Made by a program: the position numbers and the translations under genes | NCBI GenBank assembly: GCA_050178385.1 | Contig: JBFXGD010000114.1 | Coordinates: 1 to 11,593 of the forward strand | DNA length: 11,593 nt | Direction of reading: 5' to 3' | From: Calditrichaceae bacterium | Lineage (GTDB): Bacteria; Calditrichota; Calditrichia; Calditrichales; JBFXGD01 | Part shown: one piece after another, positions 1-7,967 of the stretch | Numbering within the stretch: the stretch's first letter is position 1 | Layout of the letters: each line of letters opens with the position of its first letter | Notes under the pieces: model-generated | What the model was told of the DNA's origin: nothing | Database searches by the model: none | Seen by the model: only the letters and a program-made list of their open reading frames with translations

Positions 1-165
1 GATTTTGTGCGGAAAGTTAAGGCTTCCGAAATGAAACTATATGTATGGACGGTAGATCATCCACAGGAAGCGAGAAGATTAATCAATGCAGGCGTTGACG
101 GTCTTACAACCAACCGCCCCAAATGGTTAAAAGAAAAATTATTGGAATCAGCCGCGACTGATTAA
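1..165 (+). CDS. Glycerophosphodiester phosphodiesterase (GDPD family), C-terminal fragment, 5'-truncated by the window
   Basis: Frame +1 is open from base 1 to TAA at 163-165: DFVRKVKASEMKLYVWTVDHPQEARRLINAGVDGLTTNRPKWLKEKLLESAATD*. VWTV(D/N)...GVDG(L/I)xT(N/D)xP is the typical C-terminal signature of GDPD TIM barrels (UgpQ/GlpQ-like). Not in the ORF track because the start lies outside the window. Confidence 0.88.
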   Translation, partial: DFVRKVKASEMKLYVWTVDHPQEARRLINAGVDGLTTNRPKWLKEKLLESAATD

Positions 166-201
166 TGTATATTCATATGCGCAAAAGAGTGTGATTCGGT
201 C

Positions 202-1242
202 ATGTTAAATCTGCGTTCGCAACTGCGGTTATTATCAGAAAAAATTACCGGAAAAGAAAAAATTGTCATCGGTATTCATGGGTTGAACAATAAGCCTCCC
301 AGGGAATTGCTCCATTTATGGTGGAAACAGGCCATTTTGGAGGGATTAAACCGGATCGGTCATAATGACGAATTATTCACATTAGAAATAGCTTACTGGG
401 CAAATCTTCTCCATCCTGAACCGCTGAATCCTAATATTAAAGACAAGAAGAATCTGCTTTATATCGAAGCTCCTTATGTTCGAGGCAATCCGGATGTTAA
501 GACGGTCACGCCAAATCTGAAAAAGAAAAAAATGCTCGACAAAATAGAACGAAGGCTCGATGAAATGTTCTTTGATGAAGGCAGTTTCCTGAATTACGAT
601 TTTATCTCTGATCTGATTATCCGAAATATGTTTAAGGATCTTGATATTTATTACAACCAGGATTGTCCCGTTAAAACGAATTTCGGATTATGCGCGCGTG
701 AAGCAGTCAGAATTGAACTGGCGGATATGCTCATCCGACACAGAAATAAAAAAATTCTGTTGATCGCGCATTCGATGGGTTCCATTATTGCCTATGATGT
801 ACTTACGCAGGTTGTTCCCGATATCCAAATTGATACGCTAATCACCATCGGATCACCGTTAGGATTACCGTCTATTCAGAAAAAAATATTTGAAGAGCAG
901 GGCAAGGAATACAGGGTGGAAAAACAGGTGTCCACTCCGGAAAATATTAAAAATCACTGGTACAACTTTTCGGACCTGGATGATAAAGTCGCTATAAACT
1001 ATAATCTCGCCGATGATTTCAAAAAAAACAGCAGAAATGTCGCTCCGCAGGATTTTATTGTTGTCAATGACTATACGTATAATGAAGAGAAAAATAATCA
1101 TAAATCATACGGGTATCTGAGAACGCCTGAAGTCGCGAATGCGATTTATAATTTTCTCCGTCCGGAGAAAAGCACTTTCGCTGAGACGATAAAAACAAAT
1201 ATCAAACAAATGTTAAAAAGCTTCGGTGAAGTGAATAAGTAA
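202..1242 (+). CDS. Alpha/beta-hydrolase fold serine hydrolase (lipase/phospholipase/esterase-like), probably cytoplasmic
   Basis: 346-aa ORF. Oxyanion-type IHGL near the N-terminus, nucleophile elbow IAHSMGS (AHSMG at nt 766-780), LITIGSPLG strand, candidate catalytic Asp in WYNFSDLDDKVA and His in NNHKSYGYL. No signal peptide. Confidence 0.8.
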   Translation: MLNLRSQLRLLSEKITGKEKIVIGIHGLNNKPPRELLHLWWKQAILEGLNRIGHNDELFTLEIAYWANLLHPEPLNPNIKDKKNLLYIEAPYVRGNPDVKTVTPNLKKKKMLDKIERRLDEMFFDEGSFLNYDFISDLIIRNMFKDLDIYYNQDCPVKTNFGLCAREAVRIELADMLIRHRNKKILLIAHSMGSIIAYDVLTQVVPDIQIDTLITIGSPLGLPSIQKKIFEEQGKEYRVEKQVSTPENIKNHWYNFSDLDDKVAINYNLADDFKKNSRNVAPQDFIVVNDYTYNEEKNNHKSYGYLRTPEVANAIYNFLRPEKSTFAETIKTNIKQMLKSFGEVNK

Positions 1243-1280
1243 GCTCTAATCGAATCTCAAATTATCAGAGCAGGGACGGG

Positions 1281-2342
1281 ATGTCAAAAAAAACCATCTT
1301 ATTAATCATTGTTATACTGCAAATCATAACGGCCGGCTGCAGCCGGGACGGCGTTATAAGCAGGAAGGGCTCTGTTGCCCCGGCAAAAGGGGTCCCTGTA
1401 TTTATCCTCCCGCTATCCGAAGAACTGACCGGGGATGATATTGAGATTTCAGGTCTTGCCTGGTTTAACAATTACCTGATTATTCTTCCGCAGTACCCTG
1501 AACGTTTTCAAAGTGACGGTAACGGAATGATCTTCGCTATTCCAAAGGCCGAAATATTGGAACGGTTGGAATCGGGTGACAACAAACCACTGGATGCGAT
1601 AAAAATTCCGGTCTTTGCGAAGGGGCTTAACAAAAAAATTGCAGGCTTCGAAGGATTTGAAGCGATTGCCTTTAGAGACAGCACGGCATATCTGACAATA
1701 GAAAGCAAAGAAAACAGGAAAATGAAAGGGCAAATTGTCACGGGCGCCATGAAATCCGATCTCAGCGGGCTTTATATCCAATCAGACAACATTAAAGACA
1801 TTCCGTCTGATGTAAATCTACGCAATATGGCGTTTGAATCACTCGTTATTACAAATAACGGCGTAATGGCGATTTATGAGGCCAACGGCGTCAATGTCAA
1901 TCATTCACCCTATGCGGTTTTATTTGATTTTTCGCTAAATCTGAGTAAACGGATTACGTTCCCCGCTGTTGAATACAGGATCACAGACGCGACATGCGCC
2001 GATTCCGGTAATCGATTCTGGGTAATAAATTATTTTTTCCCCGGTGACGCGAAACTGCTTAATCCGCCCGAAAGCAGTATTCACAAAATAAAGGGTGAAA
2101 AGAGTTCTAAATTCGCCAATTCAGCAGTGGAAAGGATCATTGAACTGCAATACAGTGATTCGATAATATCCGCGACTAATCGGGAAACCATAAATCTGTT
2201 TCCGGCTTCAGGCAGCGATTCACGGAACTGGGAGGGCATAGTGTTGCTGGAAAACAAGGGTTTTATAATGGCAACAGATAAGTTCCCGGTAACTATTCTC
2301 GCCTTTGTCCCGTTCGATAATATCCAAAATGACGGGAATTGA
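1281..2342 (+). CDS. Lipoprotein with a predicted beta-propeller (esterase-like activity of phytase / SdiA-regulated-like)
   Basis: 353 aa. Signal MSKKTILLIIVILQIITAG-C20 with a lipobox-like TAGC. Repeated blade motifs EISGLAW, FEGFEAIAF, NMAFESL, RITDAT, RNWEGIV, GFIMATD. SD-like AGGGA just upstream of the ATG. Confidence 0.65.
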   Translation: MSKKTILLIIVILQIITAGCSRDGVISRKGSVAPAKGVPVFILPLSEELTGDDIEISGLAWFNNYLIILPQYPERFQSDGNGMIFAIPKAEILERLESGDNKPLDAIKIPVFAKGLNKKIAGFEGFEAIAFRDSTAYLTIESKENRKMKGQIVTGAMKSDLSGLYIQSDNIKDIPSDVNLRNMAFESLVITNNGVMAIYEANGVNVNHSPYAVLFDFSLNLSKRITFPAVEYRITDATCADSGNRFWVINYFFPGDAKLLNPPESSIHKIKGEKSSKFANSAVERIIELQYSDSIISATNRETINLFPASGSDSRNWEGIVLLENKGFIMATDKFPVTILAFVPFDNIQNDGN

Positions 2343-2629
2343 ACAGACAGGCAATTTTAATTTTGAGTCGTATTTTCTTCCAAATTTATTGATTCCCCCG
2401 GTGAACTTATTTAAAAATATAAAATATATTATCATTTCTTCCACCTGCCCATTTGGTTATATTTTCTGGTAAACCAAAGAACAACAGTACAATGCTAAAT
2501 TTTAAAGTACTCCAATTTGCCGGTTATCAAAGATTAGAAGTAATAAATAATTTCAAATAATAGATATTTTTTCTGTTTCAGAGTAATCACGATAATTTCC
2601 GGGTAAATTCATTGTAATATATTAATTCA

Positions 2630-2635
2630 GGGGGA
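2630..2635 (+). promoter_or_regulatory. Shine-Dalgarno site of the Yip1 gene
   Basis: GGGGGA ending 5 nt before ATG 2641. Confidence 0.65.
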
Positions 2636-2640
2636 CTCAA

Positions 2641-3234
2641 ATGAATATCGTTGAAAGAATAAAAAGAATTCTGTTAACACCGGCAGCGGAATGGGAAATT
2701 ATCAAGACAGAGCAGTCTTCAGTGTCGGGTCTGTTTACAAATTATGCGATTATTTTAGCGGCTATTCCGGCAGCGGCGGGTTTTATCGGTTTTACTGTTT
2801 TTGGTATTTCATCCGGATATGGTTCATTTAAATTTTCTATGGGAACAGCATTTACCTGGGCGGTTGTTTCATACATAATGTCATTGATTGGTGTATTTGT
2901 AGTGGGGTATGTGATAGATTTTTTAGCGCCGAATTTCGGATCAACAAAGGATCTTGTCTCATCTATGAAGGTGGCAGTTTACGCGTACACAGCGGCATGG
3001 GTTGGCGGAATCTTTAATCTGATTCCTTCACTTGGGATTGTATCTGCCCTCGCCGGAATATATTCGCTCGTTCTTTTATATAAGGGTCTTGAAAGTATTA
3101 AAATGCCGCAGGCCGGTAAACTTGTCAATTATTTCGTAGTAACTCTTCTGATTGCCATTGTGATTTTCTTTATTACCGCCGCCCTGCTGTCCCCCATCTT
3201 AATGAAGGGGAATTTAATGTACGGCGCTCTTTAA
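2641..3234 (+). CDS. Yip1-family (YIP1/DUF1282-like) integral membrane protein
   Basis: 197 aa with about 5 hydrophobic segments. Characteristic N-terminus MNIVERIKRILLTPAAEWEIIK, plus IDFLAPNFG, VAVYAYTAAW and YSLVLLYKGL motifs of bacterial Yip1 proteins. Confidence 0.85.
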   Translation: MNIVERIKRILLTPAAEWEIIKTEQSSVSGLFTNYAIILAAIPAAAGFIGFTVFGISSGYGSFKFSMGTAFTWAVVSYIMSLIGVFVVGYVIDFLAPNFGSTKDLVSSMKVAVYAYTAAWVGGIFNLIPSLGIVSALAGIYSLVLLYKGLESIKMPQAGKLVNYFVVTLLIAIVIFFITAALLSPILMKGNLMYGAL

Positions 3235-3249
3235 ATTCTGACCAGGCAT

Positions 3250-3285
3250 ACTTCTGAAATGCCAGGGATGGCTCAGAAGTTATAT
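3250..3285 (+). terminator. Stem-loop between convergent genes, possible terminator or transcript 3'-end structure
   Basis: ACTTCTGA(3250-3257)-AAT bulge-GCCA-GGGA loop-TGGC-TCAGAAGT(3273-3280) gives a 12-bp stem with a GNRA-type tetraloop, followed only by TATAT (weak U tract). It overlaps the stop codon of the - strand gene. Confidence 0.4.
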
Positions 3286-4175
3286 ACAAAATCCACCCAG
3301 GGAATACCCGGAAATAAAGCATCTTTTCCGAGAACATTAAAAAAACCAAGATCAAAACTCATCGATTCACCAAAAAATCGTAATCCGTACGAGATCAGGG
3401 GATTATCGACACCGGGAAAGATCCAGTTTTCACTTACAAAAGCTACCCGTCGCGCAAACCGGTTTTCCACACCGATCATAAGGACCGGTTCGTTGGCTAC
3501 ATCACCTGACGCGAATCCGTATCCCAGGCCGACCGAAAAACTCCGGTCAGCGCTGCCATAAGTGCCTACGCCGTAAAGAATTCCGAATGTTCCAAAATCA
3601 TCTTCATCGGGAATTTTTATTATCAAAGCGCCAGCCGCGAGATTAATATCATCTGACTGAACCAGGCCGATCTTTGGTGTGAAGAAGAATAACTGGTCAT
3701 TCATGCTCACACCGGGAAAAATAGAAAAACCGCCACCGATTGTCAGCCGGTCAGTCAGGCCATAAGCAATCCCCGGGAAAAAGATGTAATAATCGGAAAA
3801 ATATCCTTTTCCCTTTTTTAGCATCCTTCCTGTCGGCGCGAAATATAGTCTGGTATAATTCGGATTTGGAAACCAGTAACTTCCTCCCCTGATAGAATTT
3901 ACAGGTACTTCATCAATTTTTTTTATACGGGATATTTTGAGGGAGATATTACCCATTTCTGTTTCAAACAGAATCATATCATCCATAATATCGATGGTCC
4001 TGCCTATAAGAGTGGATCCGTCCATGGTCGTGATCATTTGAACCGTCGAAGAATCCGGAATCTGTAACCGGTGAATTACATTTTTCTCCTGAGTGTAACC
4101 TGCCAAAGTGAAGGATAAAACAAATACCAGTAAAATCGCTGATGCGATTACCTTGTGTGATGAGGCCGTTTTCAT
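3273..4175 (-). CDS. Putative outer-membrane beta-barrel protein with a small N-terminal beta domain
   Basis: Sec signal peptide (MKTASSHKVIASAILLVFVLSFTLAG...), many alternating Gly/aromatic beta-strands, C-terminus WVDFVYNF with terminal Phe (BAM-type signal). Start placed at ATG 4175 because the track's GTG (4181) is part of the SD GAGGTG (4179-4184). Confidence 0.7.
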   Translation of the reverse strand: MKTASSHKVIASAILLVFVLSFTLAGYTQEKNVIHRLQIPDSSTVQMITTMDGSTLIGRTIDIMDDMILFETEMGNISLKISRIKKIDEVPVNSIRGGSYWFPNPNYTRLYFAPTGRMLKKGKGYFSDYYIFFPGIAYGLTDRLTIGGGFSIFPGVSMNDQLFFFTPKIGLVQSDDINLAAGALIIKIPDEDDFGTFGILYGVGTYGSADRSFSVGLGYGFASGDVANEPVLMIGVENRFARRVAFVSENWIFPGVDNPLISYGLRFFGESMSFDLGFFNVLGKDALFPGIPWVDFVYNF

Positions 4176-4217
4176 AATCACCTCACAATTTTAATGTGAT
4201 TAAAATGTATTTTAAAA

Positions 4218-5207
4218 CTATGCGCGGCTGATTAAATAGATAGTATATACCACATAAATCACCAAAAACAGAACCGCTTCCCAGCGGTCAAGCGTACGTT
4301 TTTTACCGGTAAACATGGTGAAGAAGAGCAGAAAGGAAGCCGTGATTAAGACCATTAAGTCCAGATTCATCGCGGAGTTGAATGGCAACGGACGAATGAG
4401 AGCGGAGATAGCAAGAATAAAAAAGATATTGAAGATATTTGAGCCAAGAATATTTCCCATGGCAATATCAGACTGCCCCTTATAAGCAGCAACGGCAGAA
4501 GTAAAGAGCTCCGGAAGCGAAGTTCCTATCGCGACGATTGTCAGGCCGATAATCCGGTCACTCACATTAAAATACCTAGCTATGTCAATAGAATTATTCA
4601 CAACAAATTGTCCGCCAAAAAACAAACCCGACAGGCCAAGCAAAATATAAATAACAGTTTTGGCGGTATTCATTTCAATGAATTTTTCCGTATCATCGGT
4701 TTCGACCTTCGAGATTGCAAAAGTGTATATCAAAAAAACAATAAAAAAGAAAAGCAGTACGATCCCTTCACTTCTTGAAAGAATATTCTCCGAGTGATCA
4801 AAAATAATATCATTGCACAGGAATATTAAGACTAAGGAGCCGAGAAGAGCAAAGGGTATTTCACGCCAGACCGTATTCCGGTGTGTTGAAATCGGATTGA
4901 TTAAGCCCGCAATGCCCAATATTAACAAAATGTTTACAATATTACTTCCGATTATATTTCCAAAGCTCAGATCCGCGTTTCCCTTAAGGGAGGCGATGAT
5001 ATTCACCACTAGTTCGGGAGAAGATGTGCCGAAAGCAACAATGGTCAGGCCGATAACCATTGGTGAAATAGAAAAACGAACCGCGAGCGACGCAGAACCT
5101 TCAACAAGAAGATCAGCGCCTTTGATTAAAAGTAAAAAGCCAAACAGCAATAAGGCAAAATTTAAATATAACGGCATATTATTCTTTCTATGTTCTAATA
5201 TTACCAT
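4218..5207 (-). CDS. yrbG: Calcium/sodium antiporter (CaCA/NCX family, YrbG-like)
   Basis: Two inverted-topology repeats with alpha-1 GLTIVAFGTSSPEL...GNIIGSNI and alpha-2 GLTIVAIGTSLPEL...GNILGSNI, about 10 TM segments. The true start may be ATG 5177 (MPLYLNF). Confidence 0.93.
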   Translation of the reverse strand: MVILEHRKNNMPLYLNFALLLFGFLLLIKGADLLVEGSASLAVRFSISPMVIGLTIVAFGTSSPELVVNIIASLKGNADLSFGNIIGSNIVNILLILGIAGLINPISTHRNTVWREIPFALLGSLVLIFLCNDIIFDHSENILSRSEGIVLLFFFIVFLIYTFAISKVETDDTEKFIEMNTAKTVIYILLGLSGLFFGGQFVVNNSIDIARYFNVSDRIIGLTIVAIGTSLPELFTSAVAAYKGQSDIAMGNILGSNIFNIFFILAISALIRPLPFNSAMNLDLMVLITASFLLFFTMFTGKKRTLDRWEAVLFLVIYVVYTIYLISRA

Positions 5208-5267
5208 TTGTCTTTATCGTGAAATTTTCTAAACGCACCACGAAGAACATGAATCTTTCTGACAAAA

Positions 5268-6155
5268 TCATTCCGTCTTTTTTCCGCTTTGATGAGTTAC
5301 CGGAGCATCATTATTGGTAATTGTGACCGGAAAAGGTTTTGTTTCCGAACCGGTATATAATGATATATGTGGGAAAGGAATTTCAATACCTTCTTCATCA
5401 AAACCATTCTTAATTTCTTCAAGAATGCTGTTTTTTAACTTAAGATAATCCGCTTTTACAGCCCACACGGCAAAGAGAAAATCAATGGATGAATCCCCAA
5501 AGCCGGAAAAGATGATCAAAGGTTCAGGTTCCTGTAAGCAAAGCGGATTCTTGTCTGCGATATTTAGTAGAACGGATTTTACTTTTTTGACATCCTCTTT
5601 ATAAGCAACCCCAATATTTACATCCAGCCGACGAATAGGAAAGCGGGTAACGTTGGTCACCTCACTTTTTATAATAGTTTCATTTGGAATTCGAATAAAT
5701 TTGTTGTCAAAGGTTCTGAGTTTGATGGATAATACATCAATGGAGAGCACTTGTCCGGTGGTGCCGCCCACAGTTATGACATCATCAACCATAAACGGTT
5801 TTTCGGCGATCAGAAAAAGGCCGCTGATGATATTTGAGACGGAAGTCTGAGACGCGAATCCAAGCGCGATTCCAACAATTCCGGCGGCGCCAAGGAGATG
5901 AGATAATTTAAACCCGAAATCATTTAAAATGGAAAAAATAATTATCACGACACCTGAATACATAACCAGCTTGCCAAAAATCATTCCCTGCTGTGCGCTC
6001 AGTTTTTTAGTAAAATATTTTTTTATGCTTTTACTTAGCATAAAAGTCAGTGGAAGGCCTATAAATATCAGCGCCAGAAACCTGATAATGGCAGCTGTTT
6101 TTTCTTCTGTAAAAAAATGGCTAAAGTCCAAACCGAGTGAATGTAAAAAGTCCAT
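5268..6155 (-). CDS. mscS: Small-conductance mechanosensitive channel, MscS family (paralog 1)
   Basis: 295 aa, 3 TM. Pore helix GAAGIVGIALGFASQTSVSNIISGLFL, beta domain KPFMVDDVI...G.V...IRIPN, C-terminal GIEIPFPH. SD GAGG at 6161-6164. Confidence 0.93.
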   Translation of the reverse strand: MDFLHSLGLDFSHFFTEEKTAAIIRFLALIFIGLPLTFMLSKSIKKYFTKKLSAQQGMIFGKLVMYSGVVIIIFSILNDFGFKLSHLLGAAGIVGIALGFASQTSVSNIISGLFLIAEKPFMVDDVITVGGTTGQVLSIDVLSIKLRTFDNKFIRIPNETIIKSEVTNVTRFPIRRLDVNIGVAYKEDVKKVKSVLLNIADKNPLCLQEPEPLIIFSGFGDSSIDFLFAVWAVKADYLKLKNSILEEIKNGFDEEGIEIPFPHISLYTGSETKPFPVTITNNDAPVTHQSGKKTE

Positions 6156-6166
6156 ATCAGCCTCGT

Positions 6167-6967
6167 TTAATTTGTGAAAATTCCCATACCGGGAAGATCC
6201 TTCAATGTTGAAAATGTTTTGATCGAAAGACCCTTTTTAGATGGAACCCGTGCGGTATTAATGAGTTTTGCTGATTTTGCGTCAACCGGCGGTCCTTGCG
6301 GGAAATCGATCTGGCTACTGTCCTGTTCACCTTTATATAATATACTTGTATCCCCGGCCCAGAGCTGTTCCTTATCCTGATACAAAGACAAATTTGTAAC
6401 CCGGAGCGCTAATTTTTCCACCAGTAAATCCTGATCAGACTTATTAGACAAAAATATCGGGCAAATGGCCATGTACGGGCGGTCCGGGCCGAGTTCAATC
6501 TGACGCCGCACTCCTGATGAAACCCAGTAGCATAATTCACCTTCAAGAAAGCTTCCAAACCATGTATTTGATAATATGATTGTTGGTATATCAAGCAGCG
6601 GATAGGCGTGCCTTCCGGCGATACCAAGCTGAATCCAGACAGGAATATGGACATAAATCTGAGCCTGACTGTTTTTAACTATCCGGAAGGGAGAGTCAGG
6701 TTTTATAATCACAGGCCGGTCAGGCATCTGAGGTTTTAACTGCAGTTTAGTTATTTCCTTTTTGACCGCCCAGCGGGACCAGGCAATTTTTTCGTGGCTG
6801 ATTTTCTTACTGATAATGTTGTCTTTCCGACTATGAAAATATTCATAGTTTGCCAGCAGTTCATTCTTGGAATACATGAATGAAATTTTAAGATTGCCTA
6901 TGATGTGTTCTTTTGGCTCAGTTGAAATAGTTTCGTAATCTTTCCATGTAAATATTGCTTTACTCAT
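6167..6967 (-). CDS. DUF432-like soluble protein
   Basis: 266 aa, no TM. Segment PDRPVIIKP.SPFRI...IYVHIPVW...DIP..ILSNTWFG...GELCY resembles DUF432 proteins as I recall them. It ends 11 nt before MscS paralog 1. SD AGGA at 6974-6977. Confidence 0.65.
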   Translation of the reverse strand: MSKAIFTWKDYETISTEPKEHIIGNLKISFMYSKNELLANYEYFHSRKDNIISKKISHEKIAWSRWAVKKEITKLQLKPQMPDRPVIIKPDSPFRIVKNSQAQIYVHIPVWIQLGIAGRHAYPLLDIPTIILSNTWFGSFLEGELCYWVSSGVRRQIELGPDRPYMAICPIFLSNKSDQDLLVEKLALRVTNLSLYQDKEQLWAGDTSILYKGEQDSSQIDFPQGPPVDAKSAKLINTARVPSKKGLSIKTFSTLKDLPGMGIFTN

Positions 6968-7088
6968 CGGCTATCCTATCAGCTTATTCAGGAAACAAAA
7001 TGATCGGTAATTTAGTAATAAAGTGAATACAGTACTAAGAATAATCAGTAAAAAGATTAAGAACAATTAAATATCAATTTCCCGAATC

Positions 7089-7967
7089 TCACCGAAGCTC
7101 TTTAACCGGAAGTGGTTCAGCGCTGCGGAGATGTAAATCTCTTTGCGGAAAAGGTATTTCGATCGAGTTTTCCCGGAATTTGCGGACGATGGCGCAATTA
7201 ATATCAGAACGGATTATATGGTGTCTTTTAGTGTCAAGTATCCAGACACGGAGCAGCATATTCCATGATGAATCACCAAAACTGGAAAGCAGGACATCAG
7301 GTTTGGGATTTTTCAAGACATCCTGATGACCGGCAGCGACCTCTTCCAGACATTTAAGCACTAAATCCAGATCAGAGCCGTATGAAACTCCGACTTCAAG
7401 CACAACTCTGATCTTTGGATCCCCATGCGTCCAGTTTATGACGTTTGAAGACACAAATTCAGAATTTGGTACGATAATAGTGATATTGTTAAGCGAACGA
7501 ATAGTCGTTGACCGGAAATTAATGGCGATAACATCACCCTCCGTATCACCAACCGTCACACGGTCTCCGATTTTGATCGGTTGCTCAAACAACAAAATAA
7601 GTCCCGCCACAAAATTGGATGTCACATTTTGAAGCCCGAAACCGATACCAACGGAAAGCAATCCAAAAATAACGGCCAGGCCCGCAAGATTGATTCCGAC
7701 AAATTGAAACGCGACAATGGTACCGATCACCATCACCGTATAATGGGTAATCCTGAGCATCATAAATCTTGTGTTTGTCTCAAGCTGGAGCCTCGTAAAG
7801 ACTCTTTGCAGCAACATACGGTTTATTACTCTGGACAGGATGAAAAACATAAACATCATTAAAATGAACATCAATATTGAAAACATTGTGACCGGAGTCT
7901 GATTCAACTCAAAGAGGGTGACGTTTAGAATTTTGGAAATAACTTGTGAAATTGCCTGAAGATCCAT
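7089..7967 (-). CDS. mscS: Small-conductance mechanosensitive channel, MscS family (paralog 2, MscK/KefA-core-like)
   Basis: 292 aa. GLLSVGIGFGLQNVTSNFVAGLILLFEQPIKIGDRV, IIVPNSEFV..NVINWT, VGVSYGSD, FGDSS and IEIPFPQRDLH, all typical of the MscK-like core but without the large periplasmic domain. Confidence 0.93.
   Translation of the reverse strand: MDLQAISQVISKILNVTLFELNQTPVTMFSILMFILMMFMFFILSRVINRMLLQRVFTRLQLETNTRFMMLRITHYTVMVIGTIVAFQFVGINLAGLAVIFGLLSVGIGFGLQNVTSNFVAGLILLFEQPIKIGDRVTVGDTEGDVIAINFRSTTIRSLNNITIIVPNSEFVSSNVINWTHGDPKIRVVLEVGVSYGSDLDLVLKCLEEVAAGHQDVLKNPKPDVLLSSFGDSSWNMLLRVWILDTKRHHIIRSDINCAIVRKFRENSIEIPFPQRDLHLRSAEPLPVKELR

Noticed and set aside
1286..1293. A8 run just after the lipoprotein start (also A8 at 1021-1028 and T8 at 3917-3924) as phase-variation tracts
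   Set aside because: They encode Lys-Lys in intact frames, and runs of this length are expected in AT-rich DNA.
865..2444. Short - strand ORFs (865-1101, 1265-1471, 1449-1781, 1508-1750, 2220-2444)
   Set aside because: Antisense to the longer motif-bearing hydrolase and lipoprotein genes, with composition expected of shadow frames.
3259..3561. 100-aa + strand ORF (and the 60-aa - strand ORF 3173-3355)
   Set aside because: Both overlap the barrel and/or Yip1 genes, with no motifs and no convincing SD.
4179..4181. GTG start for the barrel gene
   Set aside because: It is part of the SD GAGGTG, and ATG 4175 has suitable spacing.
4183..4215. TCACA-N7-TGTGA and TTAAAAT-GT-ATTTTAA palindromes as a CRP-like site or terminator
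   Set aside because: Half-site order and spacing do not match TGTGA-N6-TCACA, and the second palindrome has A/T-only arms too weak for a terminator.
4813..5232. 139-aa + strand ORF
   Set aside because: Lies antisense to the well-supported Na+/Ca2+ antiporter, has no recognisable motif, and is a typical shadow ORF.
5207..5267. Possible long hairpin (TTTGTC/GACAAA, TCGTG/CACGA) between MscS paralog 1 and the antiporter
   Set aside because: Short discontinuous stems with large loops and no U tract, not distinguishable from chance.
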